29,306 bases of DNA from positions 1-29,306 of the forward strand of contig CDMY01000695.1 in NCBI GenBank assembly GCA_001179505.1, given 5' to 3'. Below, in pieces: positions 1 to 10,582 of the stretch. The notes below the pieces were generated by a model. The model was given only the letters and a program-made list of their open reading frames with translations. It did not search any database and was not told the DNA's origin. Source of the stretch: Vitrella brassicaformis CCMP3155. Taxonomy: Eukaryota > Protista > Chromerida. Made by a program: the position numbers and the translations under genes. The stretch's first letter is position 1. The number at the start of each line of letters is the position of its first letter.

Positions 1-1
1 G

Positions 2-451
2 ATATGCCACCACATGTGGCTGGTATGAGTACACAGCCCCTCCCAAACCCAACACACCCCTCCCCACCCCCACCCCCACCCCTCCCTGATACTGCTGCAC
101 ATCCACCCCGCCACCGACACTGCGGTCGCTGTCGTGACGGGATGGCGGCAGCTGCGTCGAGTCGTTGCTCCCCCCGCTCACCCGCCCCCCCACACGTCCC
201 GTCTCCTCCACACAGCCGGGGTGGAAGCTCTTCCTTGCGATGCGCTCGTGGCCGTGCGTCGGGGCAGGCTCGGCGAGAGGGTGGTTCAGGCTGGCCGGAC
301 GCGCTGGCCGGACGCGGCGGCTCCGTGGTTGCAGTTTCTGCTGACCCTCATATGATCCGTAGCCCTGGGGGAAGCCGTGGGTGCAGTGGGGGGCGTGAGA
401 CGTGGTGGCGCTGCTCTCCATGGCCGTCGAGCTGAGGTTGTACGGCGTCAT
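2..451 (-). CDS. 5' part of an unknown low-complexity protein, running off the window start
   Basis: ATG at 451 opens a stop-free minus-strand frame to the window edge (150 codons: MTPYNLSSTAMESSATTSHAPHCTHGFPQGYGSYEGQQK...VDVQQYQGGVGVGVGRG...YSYQPHVVAY). It is absent from the ORF track, presumably because it has no stop inside the window. No family recognised. Confidence 0.4.
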   Translation of the reverse strand, partial: MTPYNLSSTAMESSATTSHAPHCTHGFPQGYGSYEGQQKLQPRSRRVRPARPASLNHPLAEPAPTHGHERIARKSFHPGCVEETGRVGGRVSGGSNDSTQLPPSRHDSDRSVGGGVDVQQYQGGVGVGVGRGVLGLGGAVYSYQPHVVAY

Positions 452-972
452 GGGCAGCGGGCAGAGGCCGACAATGGTCAGAATAGACGAAATATTAGAC
501 GGACGACGGACGAGTCCAATTGGACGAGTCGGCCGCTGGGGGCTCGACGAGCGGCTCAGTGGCGGTGTTGGGACGGCCGATATCAGACCAGCAAGCCTCC
601 TGGTGAGGCAGAACAACGAATTGGCGGGAAAAGGGGCTTGACGAGCAGCCGAGACGGTTGATGACGGTCGGACCGTCGCTGGGGCTCACAGGTGAGCGCT
701 GCGATGACAGAGGGACAACAATAGGGTCGAATGAAGGGCACTGCTGGTCACAGAGACTCGGAAAGAGCTCGTTTGCAATGCCGATGGCGAAATGCGAGCT
801 CAAAGGGGGCGCGATCGGAGTACATGCGGACTGGGGGCAAGGGGAGTTGAGGTTGCTGGTCTGAAAGTGAAGAGTACCGCCTTTGTTGAGCCTGCAAAAA
901 GCAAGACAAGGGCTCAGTGCCTTTCCTCGAGTGAGAGTAGGAGAAACACCACTTGAAAGACAGACACACGCG

Positions 973-1653
973 ATGGGCAACATTTTGCTGAGTTGCTGCG
1001 AAGACAGCTACGTCCAGAAGGTGACACCAAACTAGCAGCAACTAATCAGTGGGGCCTTCGTGTCCATTTCTCCTCCTTTGCTGTCGCGTGGTGTGGTGTG
1101 GTGTGTTGTGTTGTGTCAGGGCCACCGTGCCTCTCCCACTGACGAGGGGGGCATTTCTGCGGGTGGGGCACTCAAAGACGCGAGCAAGGACCTCAAGGAT
1201 GAAAAGAAGGTACACAGCCCCACCCACTCGCAAGCCGCTGAACACACAGAGCCTTCCGGGCCCTTCCCTCACGTCTCTCTCTCTATCTCTCTCTCTGGCT
1301 GTGTGTCGTGTGTGGCCTGTTGCCTGCCGCAGAAGTCAGTGACATTTCCAGCAGGCAGCGAGGTCGCCTTTCTCCAGGCCGCATTGACCAAGGCCAACCA
1401 GGGCTCCACTGGCTCTCCCCAAGCGAGCGAGTCGTCGCCAAACACGTCGGGGACGGGAACGACGCCCTACTTGACGCCGATGGGGCACGGTGAGGCCGAC
1501 AAGACGCCCGGCAGCAAGCAGACGGCAGGGGGCCGCGTAGAAGACACCCCCGCCCATCTCGCCGCGCCGACCCCGAGCCATATTGAAGGCAAGAAATGGA
1601 AGACAGCAATGACAAGACGCATCCTTCTGTTTGTGTCTTGGTGTCTCTTCTAG
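973..1653 (+). CDS. Small (~152 aa) putative dually acylated protein with a PP1-docking RVxF-like motif
   Basis: Exons 973-1020, 1120-1209 and 1333-1653 join in frame through GT-AG introns: MGNILLSCCEDSYVQK|GHRASPTDEGG...KDEKK|KSVTFPAGSEVAF...LFVSWCLF*. No domain recognised; an additional intron in the last exon cannot be excluded. Confidence 0.65.
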
Positions 1654-2212
1654 CTGGTTCGCCGATCAGCCCGTCGCAGTGGGGTGGCGAGATGTACTCG
1701 ACGTATGGCGGGGCGAGGACACTGGAGGGAGAGGGGGGCTGGCAGGGATAGATCGGTGAGTGGCTGGCTGGCTGGCCGGGGGTGGGCTTGGCTGGCTGCA
1801 TGATGGATGTGCTGCTGCACTGAAAGAGAGGTGCGGGGCCTGTTGTTTGTCGCGGGGGTGGATGGGAATCGTTCCTGGTTTGTCGAATGCAGTCTCCAGT
1901 TCTTTCTCTGCTCTGAAAGCAGTGTGTGGCCTGCTCTGAATGGAAGACGACAAACCATAGAGAAGGGGTGCCAGCCCAATGCTATGCTGACGACGAGGGT
2001 GATGATGAGAGTGTGAATGGGCGTGGGGTCGTGACAGTGGTGACATGACGGACAAGTATAGAAGGCCTTATACTCACCCCTCAGCTATTCATCACACAGA
2101 GTCTCATGACACGATTGACACATCGAGAAATGCACCCCACACCATCAATCCATCCATCCATCCATCCGTCCGATTCCCTAGCCCTGCCCCTCCCCCACCG
2201 CCTTCGACCGCC

Positions 2213-3091
2213 TCAGCGCGTGCCGCCCTCCTTGCCGAGACACCTCCATGGATAGCGCACTGGGCAAATTCTACACCAGCTGGCCAGCCAACTCCACGGT
2301 GAGCGTCGGTACAGACCACCACCACCCTGAATCGATGACGAGGCCTCGCTGCCGGCGAATGTCGACGTGCTCTCGACGTCGATGGCGGTGATGCCGAGTG
2401 TTTTGTCACCGACACACGTCAGTGAGGGCCACACCTTCGGATGGCCGACGATGGGACACCGAATCGTCAGAAACAGACCTGAGAGGGCATCCAGCGGACA
2501 GCAAATGTATCATCCATCCGCGAATGGGCTCCGTGTCCATCCATCCATCCATCCATCCATGCGAGGGGGCGGACGGGCGGTTGACCTCTGATGGTCCATG
2601 AGGCTTTGGTGGCGTCGATGTTGCCGTGCAGCGGAATGTCGAACGCGTGATGCGGGGACCGGAAGTGGATGATTTTTTGGCGGATGATGACGTCTGAACA
2701 AGAAACAAACGGCAGGGGGAGCACACCGGCGTGAATGTCCAGCCCACCACGAGCCCCACACTCCTTCCCGACCTACCTGGTCGGGCATCCTTCTGTAGAA
2801 GGTCCACTTCTACACAAAGAAAAGGACATGTAGTACACACACAGAAGTCGGAAAAGGCTCGAATGGCATTAATTGCAAGAGAGGCCTGCAGGCGGTCGTT
2901 CACCTATGACGATGGAGTCATTGCATTGCTGCCAGTGTATCTGTTGGATATATCAACAGAGAGAGAGAGAAGGAGAACGCCCATGAGCTTAGCTTTGTGG
3001 GTCAGTGCGGGTACTCAGCGCTCACCGATGGCTGCCCGAGGCGCCTGAGAAGCCCTCTCTTTTCCGCTGAAAGACCAGGGGGCGCCAGCAT
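2213..3091 (-). CDS. CS (p23/HSP20-like) domain protein, putative co-chaperone
   Basis: Exons 3091-3026, 2940-2904, 2809-2777, 2693-2586 and 2478-2213 splice in frame: ...IHWQQCNDSIVIEVDLLQKDARPDVIIRQKIIHFRSPHHAFDIPLHGNIDATKASWTIRGLFLTIRCPIVGHPKVWPSL. The W-x-Q...L-x-G-x-I-D...S-W...W-P-x-L pattern is typical of CS domains. Confidence 0.75.
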
Positions 3092-3609
3092 AGTGCACTC
3101 GTGTTGGAACGTGGAAGGAAGGTGAAAGGAGCAGGCGGAAAGGCGCCAGGCCCTCACTCTTTGCTTTCAGCTGACTTCCAGGCTTGGTGTGTGCCGACGT
3201 GAGATGCAGCAGAGCCGCTGAAACTTTCCTCTACACTCGATCGTGGCCATTTTTCTGCGGCCGGGTGAAGTGAACCTATCCAACCACACCTTTGTGCGCA
3301 TGCGACGGACTCATTCAAAACTGAGTAGGTAGAAGTAAGTAGTGAGTGCATCTGTGTGTCTGTCCATAGTGCGTGTCGTGTCGGTCACGAGGCGGCCCCA
3401 CAACATGCATGAACGTACATCTCATCTAGCTGTACACACCCCTCTCCTCTCACAGCCCCCGTGCTTCATTGGCAGACCACATCTATCTCTGCCTGTCATT
3501 CAACAGACAGACAGACAGACAGACAGACAGATGTAGGCAGGTACGTCGATGCGCGGGGCAGACCGACACGTCACCGGCCGACCGTACGCAGCCTTGTTTG
3601 TTGCCGGGC

Positions 3610-4897
3610 TTATTCAGCTGCCGGCGCAGCGGGTGCCGGGGCAGGTGCTGATGAGGCGGTTAATCCACCAGAGCATGAGATCTTGGCTGCGGAGGCGCCC
3701 GGCCGTGCGCACAGCTTTGAGAGCGTCGAGTCATCGATCGTTGCGCCGCTGAAATCGGCCTTGGCGATGCTCTTGATCTGCACCCACCCATCGCACAGTC
3801 AATAAAGGACGAGTGCGAGATGACCCCCATGATACATACGTCATGAAATGAATGAGTGTGCGGACGGACCTTATCGACGTTCTTCGCGTTGGTGAAGTCG
3901 GCGTTATTCAACGCGGTGCCGGTGAAGTCGACGTTGGTGAGGTCGGCACCCGGCCACTTGGACTTCTCAAGAAACGCACCCTCGAAGTTCGATCCCTTCA
4001 GCTTCGCGTCAGTGAACCTGACACACATCACACCAAGCAGGCACACATCAAGCAGACATGGACATGGTCAGTCAGTCAGTCAGTGTCTGGGTCTGTCGGG
4101 GCGTTGGTCGGCTTACAGATTGCTGGGTGCCCACATATACGAGAAGTCGGCGTTTTCTGCCTTGATGCCGCCCCAGTCCAGCCGCTTGTCGCCCGAGCTG
4201 CCCAGCTTCTTACCGTCAAGACTCGACTTGCCTGCACAGCACACACACACACACAAACAGACGAAAGCATGATTGATTGTGGGTTGGTTGAGTTTGCAAC
4301 CCCTCTCTCGCCGTGGACGCACGCACCGTCATAAGCCTTCCATGAGGGGTACTCGGTTTTGTCCCTCAGAATGCCCATGTACTCAGTGCCGAGGATCTTG
4401 GGCTTCCTGTAGCCCTTCTCAGGCTGACACCACACACCATTCACACAAACACAACACAGGCAGACAGATAGACACGGAGAGTTAGTGTTGGGCGATGATT
4501 GATTCATTGGTTCATGGATCGATTGCCAGGCTGGCTCACCGTGGCGGCAGATGCGTGGGCAACGGAGTCGGTGAGGGCGGTGTGGTCGATGACGGGGGAA
4601 AGCGCCACAGACGCACCCAGAAGGAATGGCAACGCGCTCAGCAGCTGTCAAACGAACATCACAGCAACCATTGCACAAATCATCACAACAATGATTGATC
4701 TGTCATCGTGTTGGCTTTTCCCGTCCCTCGCTCACTTTGCGTTCAACCCCCCTCTCCGATGAGTCGGCCATCCTCAGCGCTGTCTTGTGCTGGTGCCTTG
4801 CAGGCGATGACAGCGGCCGGACGGCGCTGTACCGAAACGCATTGGTGGTGCCGACCAACAGAGCCGCGACGGCGATGCAAAATCCACGAGAAGCCAT
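3610..4897 (-). CDS. Pentapeptide-repeat protein with plastid and thylakoid-lumen targeting leader (~264 aa)
   Basis: Exons 4897-4736, 4644-4540, 4423-4327, 4231-4117, 4017-3870 and 3777-3610. Repeat register ADFSY-MWAPS-NLFTD-AKLKG-SNFEG-AFLEK-SKWPG-ADLTN-VDFTG-TALNN-ADFTN...ADFSG-ATIDD, followed by a C-terminal Cys pair (LC...SC). Leader MASRGFCIAVAALLVGTTNA-FRYSAVRP... then a second hydrophobic segment ending in AHA. Confidence 0.9.
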
Positions 4898-5042
4898 CCC
4901 TTCGACACCAGATCTGACCCTCACGACGGGCGAAACAACACCAGACCCGACGTGCAACCTCCAATCACAACGCGAGCTATACCCTAGACCCAAAACCCTA
5001 GCGCAAGGGGGAAAAAGCGTTCGCAAGGGAAGAGCCGCACCC
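4898..5042. promoter_or_regulatory. Putative bidirectional promoter (145 bp between start codons) with a telo-box-like AAACCCTA
   Basis: Head-to-head ATGs at 4897 (-) and 5043 (+). AAACCCTA lies at 4993-5000 and ACCCTAG at 4981-4987. Function is inferred from position only. Confidence 0.45.
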
Positions 5043-6129
5043 ATGACGAAGAATGGTGTCGGGGTCGAGGGCAAGCTGCTCGACTACCGGCTTGAAATCG
5101 CAATCGAGGCCTACATGGAGTTGGCAAACGAGAAGAAGCCAATCGAGGGCTTTGTGCAGCCGAAGAGCCCAAAGCACCACCAGATACCAGTCAAACACGT
5201 CGGAGCCCACACGACACACACAGACGCTGTGCACAGAGCAAGAACAGAGTGACTGTTCGTCTGTCTTTCTCTCGTTGGCTTGGCTGGCTGCAGAAGGTTG
5301 ACCCGAGGTTGGACCGTCGTCATTCGATGGAGCTGATAGCCTCGTCGACGACGGAGCAGATGGCGGACATCGACTCGCTCTACAGCAGGATTGGCGGGCA
5401 GGACGTCGTCGACGATCTGGTCGAGCGCTTCTATCGCAAAATCATGAGGGACGACCGCATCAACTCGGTCTTCGGCAGAGTCGACGTTGGCAGGGTAGGT
5501 CGGCACGGCGGACAGTGCATGGTTTGCACGTCGAGTGCCTGTCTGTCTTCGAGGATGGGTGCTTTGGTTTGGTTCAACTTGATGCTTTGCTTCCTTGGTG
5601 CAGATCAAGAAGCATCAGGCGAGGTTCCTGTCGATGATCCTGGGAGGGCCTGACCAGCACGAATTCGCCAACACCGACCTCACTGCCATACACGCCAGGC
5701 ACAACATCAACGTAAGCAACAACAGAACAGCGGAACACACGGACGGCACAAGGCGGACAGCGGCCAGTAAGGTCAGTCATGATTGATGGCTTGCGTGTGT
5801 GCCTGTGTGTGGGGGTCTCTGACGTTAACAGGCGCATCACTTCGGTGCGTTTGTGGAGGACTTCAGGTCCACCCTGGAGGACATGCACCTCCACCAACTC
5901 ATACCTGTACGTCACGCAGCACAACCATCCACCGCACCACCCGACCCCCTGACAAATTCAATTCTCTGTGTGCCTGTGTGTGCAGGAGGCGCTGTCAGTG
6001 ATCCAGTCGCGTCGCGACGAGGTGCTGGGTGTGGGCACGAAGCGGCAGTCGTCCTTCGAGGCCCTCACGCTGGGCAGGTCACACTCCACCGACATCAGAC
6101 CGGTCAATGACTACTTCAGATACCACTGA
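5043..6129 (+). CDS. Group I truncated (2/2) hemoglobin, GlbN/trHbN-like, with N- and C-terminal extensions
   Basis: Exons 5043-~5190 (first donor ambiguous), 5294-5494, 5604-5711, 5832-5906 and 5986-6129. Core: SLYSRIGGQDVVDDLVERFYRKIMRDDRINSVFGRVDVGRIKKHQARFLSMILGGP...LTAIHARHNINAHHFGAFVEDFRSTL, with the GG motifs, B9-B10 FY and proximal His. Confidence 0.92.
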
Positions 6130-7424
6130 CTGACGTCCTGACTGACGGACGAGTTGGCTGATGCACTCACTCGTATGACGGCCATGGGTGGTGGGGGGGT
6201 GGGTGGATGGATGGATTGATGTATCTCTGTACAGACGACTGACTGACTGGCTGATGGGGGTGCCGATCAAGACTAGAGGGGGGATGTAAAGTCTTTCTGG
6301 GGAGGGAGGGAGGGAGGGAGGGAGGCGGTCGTGTGTGCAGGTGGGTGAGTGGGAGGAGGTGATGGTTCTTCCTTGTCGTGTCTTGTGGGCTGCTTCCTTC
6401 GGTTGGGGCGTTAGATGAGGTGAGATGAGAGCGGCTGGTGCATTAACGAGATGAGAGCGTCGCGAAGGGACAGAGGAGGGGCGGCGGAGAGGCTGACGGC
6501 CTCCCTGCCTGCTGACAGACAGAAGTGACTGACGTGCTCAACTCAACCAACTAATGTACTGACTGATTTGAGCGTGTCATGTACGTCCCCACGCACATAC
6601 ATGAGTGAGAGTCGACTGTGGGTGGGTGTTTGTGAGGGTGAGACAGACGGTCGAGTGATTCCTGTGGACTTGTTTTCTCCGTAACCGTCTGTGTCGTTGT
6701 CTGGTGTCAGAAGTCTATCGACTCGCTCTACTTACTTGCTCATTTGCCTTTACCGTTCCCCTCTGCTGCTAGACACGCACACACACACACACACAGACAG
6801 ACCGTGCAGCGCCTTCCAGCCACCATCTCTGTGTGTGTGTGTTGTTATGTAGGTCTGCAGCTCTAATGCCACCACACGACACCGCACCCCACCGCCACTG
6901 TCTGAGCGTATTTATTTTTCCGCGTGACGTGATGTGATGTGATGTGCCATGGATGTCGTTCGTGTTTTGCTGTGTGGACAGTGAGGGTGTCCATCGTATG
7001 TACGTATGTGTGCCTCTAAGTAGATAGATAGTCAGATATATGTTGTGCCATCAGTCTTTCTGGTGCGTGGGTGAGATGAGAGGTGTCATAATCAGGCGTG
7101 AGAGTTTTTTCCAGTGAGTGACTAATGGGGGATGTCAGATGAGGAGGGAGGGAAGTGCTGGTTGTGCTGCGTGTGTCCTATAGTGTGGCTGACTGACTGA
7201 CTGGCTCACATCACTCAACCAACATCTTATCTTCTTCCTGTGTGTGAATCGCTCGCGGCACTCACTCATGTCTTGACACGAACCGAACAACTCTGCATAT
7301 CGATTACATAGAGTCAGTCAGTCAGCGACCCTCGAAAAACAAAACAGACAGACAGACACGGCAGCAGTCATCGGCCATCACTCACATCAAAGAAAGCTGT
7401 CATCGACTCGTCTCGTCCGCTCAT

Positions 7425-8491
7425 TCATTCGACCTCCTGCAGGTAGTCCTTGACCTCGGCAGGCGTGAGGACTTTGAACTTCCTGTCCTCGCCCACGACG
7501 CCGATCTCGATGGCCTCCTCGTCCATCACGCCGTCGAAACTCTCCTTGAGCGTCAGGATCGCCGTGTGAATGGCGTCCTCCAACTCCATGTCGTCATTGT
7601 ACCTGATGAGATGATGAGGGACAACACAGCACAGACAGGCCAGCCAGGCCGTTGTTGTGTGTTGCAATGCATGGGCGTGTCGAGCGAGTGGATAGGTGGG
7701 TGGGTGTGTGGGTGGGGTGGCACTGCACTGACCGTTTCTCGAGGAATGTCTTTGCGTTGATGTAGTTCTTGCCGCAGGCCGTGGCCTTCCAGGGGAAGTA
7801 GGCCCCTGACGGGTCGACCTGGAACAGATGCGGGCCCTCGTGGTCATACCTACGTGACATGACCACCATACCATGCACACACGCACAGACGAAGAGCGAA
7901 TGGTGGGAGGGAGGGATGGGGGCACTGATGTGTGACTGACTGACTGACTGACTGACTGACCCAGCGACGAGAAGTGAAATTCCGAAGGGCCTGACGCCTC
8001 CCTCCTGGGTGTACTCCTGCATGACCTCGGCGCAGTCCCGCGATATGATGCCGATGGGAATCTCCTCCTCATACCGCAAGTGATACAACGACGCCTGCAC
8101 ACACACACACCAGACACAACAGAGTGAGTATCCTCACTCACTCTCGATCACCTCACATGCACTCACTGCACTCACTGCTGTGCTGTGCTGATCCACCCAC
8201 CCTGTTTGTTACCTGTTTTCTGCCCCTGGAAACGAGCACACGGAAGTCTGGTCCCATGCCTGAGAAGGTGCATCCGACGTTGGTGAAGAGGGGCTCCACC
8301 TTGCGGATGGTGCTCGTGTCGCACAGCTTGTCCTTGACCTTCTTGTCCACCGCTATCACCACACCGTTCTTCGCCTTGACGCCCACCGACAGCGTCCCCG
8401 CCCCCACCGCAGCCAGGGCGTTCTCCACAGCCACAAGCTTGCCGCTCGGGGCGAAGGTCGTAAGGGAGAACGAGTAGTCGCTGTCACCCAT
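7425..8491 (-). CDS. PSMA2: 20S proteasome subunit alpha type-2 (divergent N-terminal region)
   Basis: Exons 8491-8213, 8094-7961, 7849-7733 and 7602-7425. Motifs [68 protein letters not shown] and [10 protein letters not shown]. Confidence 0.97.
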
Positions 8492-8734
8492 GATGGCTCA
8501 ACGGGACGAGGCAATTAACGATGCAAACACGCCTGTGACGTCTGCCGCTGTGCAGCAAGGCCTCGCAAGACGCTCGAGATTCCAGATCTCCCACAACGCC
8601 AACAAGCAGCAGCGATTTCATGCAGCACCCTAGCCCGAGCTGAGCGTGCACAAAGAGGAACAGAACGAGAAGGGACGTGCTATAGGAGCCACAGGACAGC
8701 CGCAGGACATGCTCGTTGATTGCTGACGGTCGAT

Positions 8735-9868
8735 ATGGGAGGTAGGCGAACGCAATGCAGCTTGATCTCTGTGCGTGTGACGCTGTTTGTTTGTGTGTGG
8801 CTGGTCGGTCAGATTCGGGTGACGATGACGACTTCCGCATGTCGGCTGACCAGGACGATGATGAAGAGGACGAGCAGCTGAGCCCTGGCGAGGATCTACT
8901 CTACCGCTCACCGCCTGGCAGAAGGCAACAGAGAAGACACTCCGGCAGGTACGTACGTGCAGGACACGACAGACAGACATGGCAACACCAGACAGACAGA
9001 CAGACAGACAGAAGAGTGTGTTGCTGCCGTGCGTGTGTGTGAGTAGGTATGATGATGATGAGGAGGAGGATGAGATGGGCGGTAGGGAGGGCGTCATGTA
9101 CAGCGTCACCGCTCCAAAGGCCAACAAGCGCCTCAGGGCCTGCCTGAACTGCAAAATGATCAAAACCTTCGAACAGGTAGGTACGCACACATCACACACA
9201 CAGAGACATTCCGGCAGGCAGCTGCAGCCAGCTGCAGCTGGAAGTGCGAGTCGGGTGCGGTGCCTGCCATTGGTTGGTTGCTCCGTGTGTTGTGTGTTGT
9301 GTGTTGTGTGTGTATCAGTTCTTCGAGGAGGGTTGTAACAACTGCGACAGGCTGGGTCTACAGGGCGACAAACAGAGAGTGGAGGACAACACCACCGCCA
9401 ACTTCTCGGGGTGAGTAGTGAGGTCTGTCTGAGTTCACTGAACCGGACTCCGTGTGTGATGGGATGGTATGGTGCTGGGGTGGGTGAATGCGGCGATTGA
9501 CTGAATGGCTGCAGGTTGGTCAGTTTGTGTGACCCGGCACGCAGCTGGGTGGCCAGATACAACGGGCTGAGTGAGTGAGAGAGCACCACGAGAGAGAGAG
9601 GAACACATACCTACCACATTCGCACACCTCGATTTGTTTGTATCACCCTTGTGTTGTCGTCTCTGCTTGTGCAGCTGGCAAGCTGCCAGGCTGCTACGCC
9701 GTCAGTGTGGTCGGCGAACTCTCAGAAGGTGCGGGCAGGGGTGCAACTCCACACGAGGAAATGAGGGCAGGATGGATGGATGGATGGACGTGTGTGTGTC
9801 TGTGTGTGTGTGTGTGTGTTTGTGTGTGTGCAGCTGTGCAAGACGAGATCCGGCACAGCTACGACTAG
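8735..9868 (+). CDS. SPT4: Transcription elongation factor SPT4 with an acidic N-terminal extension
   Basis: Exons 8735-8741, 8813-8948, 9047-9176, 9319-9410, 9515-9570, 9675-9728 and 9834-9868. Core LRACLNCKMIKTFEQFFEEGCNNC...NTTANFSGLVSLCDPARSWVARYNGL...PGCYAVSVVGEL has both CxxC zinc pairs. The 7-nt first coding exon (ATGGGAG|gtaggc) is inferred. Confidence 0.95.
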
Positions 9869-10582
9869 GGTGCAGACAGACAGGGGGCCGACGCCCAGAC
9901 GGACGCCTATTTGTCGTGCATACGATACGTGCCATGGACGTCTGCTGCCAGTGACACTGACTGAGACCTCGTTCTCCTCCTTGTCAGTGAAGACATACAC
10001 ACATAGATCCAATCCAATCCACTCCATCCATCCAAAACCAGCAGATAGATAGAAGTAAGTGTCCCACTCACTCATCTGTCTCATCCACCCATCCCATGTA
10101 TACGGCACCAAACTCAGTCAGTCGGTCAGTCAGTATGTAAGACGTCCGCACAGCAGGGAGTCACTCACTGGCCGGCCGATAGACAGACGCATCATCGCAT
10201 GTGACGACTGACCTTCGTTGTTCGTTCACCTACGCAGGCAGATATGACGACGAATTACCAACCATACCGGATGGATGGATGGATCGGATCGAATTGGCAG
10301 CAGTGGGACTCAGTGTGATTCAAACAAACAAACCACCACCACCACCACACCAGCAGCAGCTCACCCCACCCACGTTACACACACGCACCCAGCACTCACT
10401 CCACCCATCCCATCCACACCATATATCAGTACTGACTGACTGACCTCCCCACCGTCTCTCCCTCTCACTCTCACGGCCATCAATCAGATCAGTGGGGTTG
10501 GGTTGATCTCCCCACCGTGTGGAGCGAGCGGACACCGATAAAGCCATCAACCAGCCACCAACCACCGAACCGATCAATCAAG

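Noticed and set aside
4-983. Plus-strand ORFs 4-435, 134-355, 377-661 and minus-strand ORF 495-983
   Set aside because: Low-complexity or antisense translations with no splice-consistent model or family signal. The open minus-strand frame from 451 is more plausible.
8480-8825. PSMA2 and SPT4 both begin MGDS in a head-to-head pair
   Set aside because: The match is four residues, one copy is split by an intron, and I saw no extended inverted repeat. Probably coincidence.
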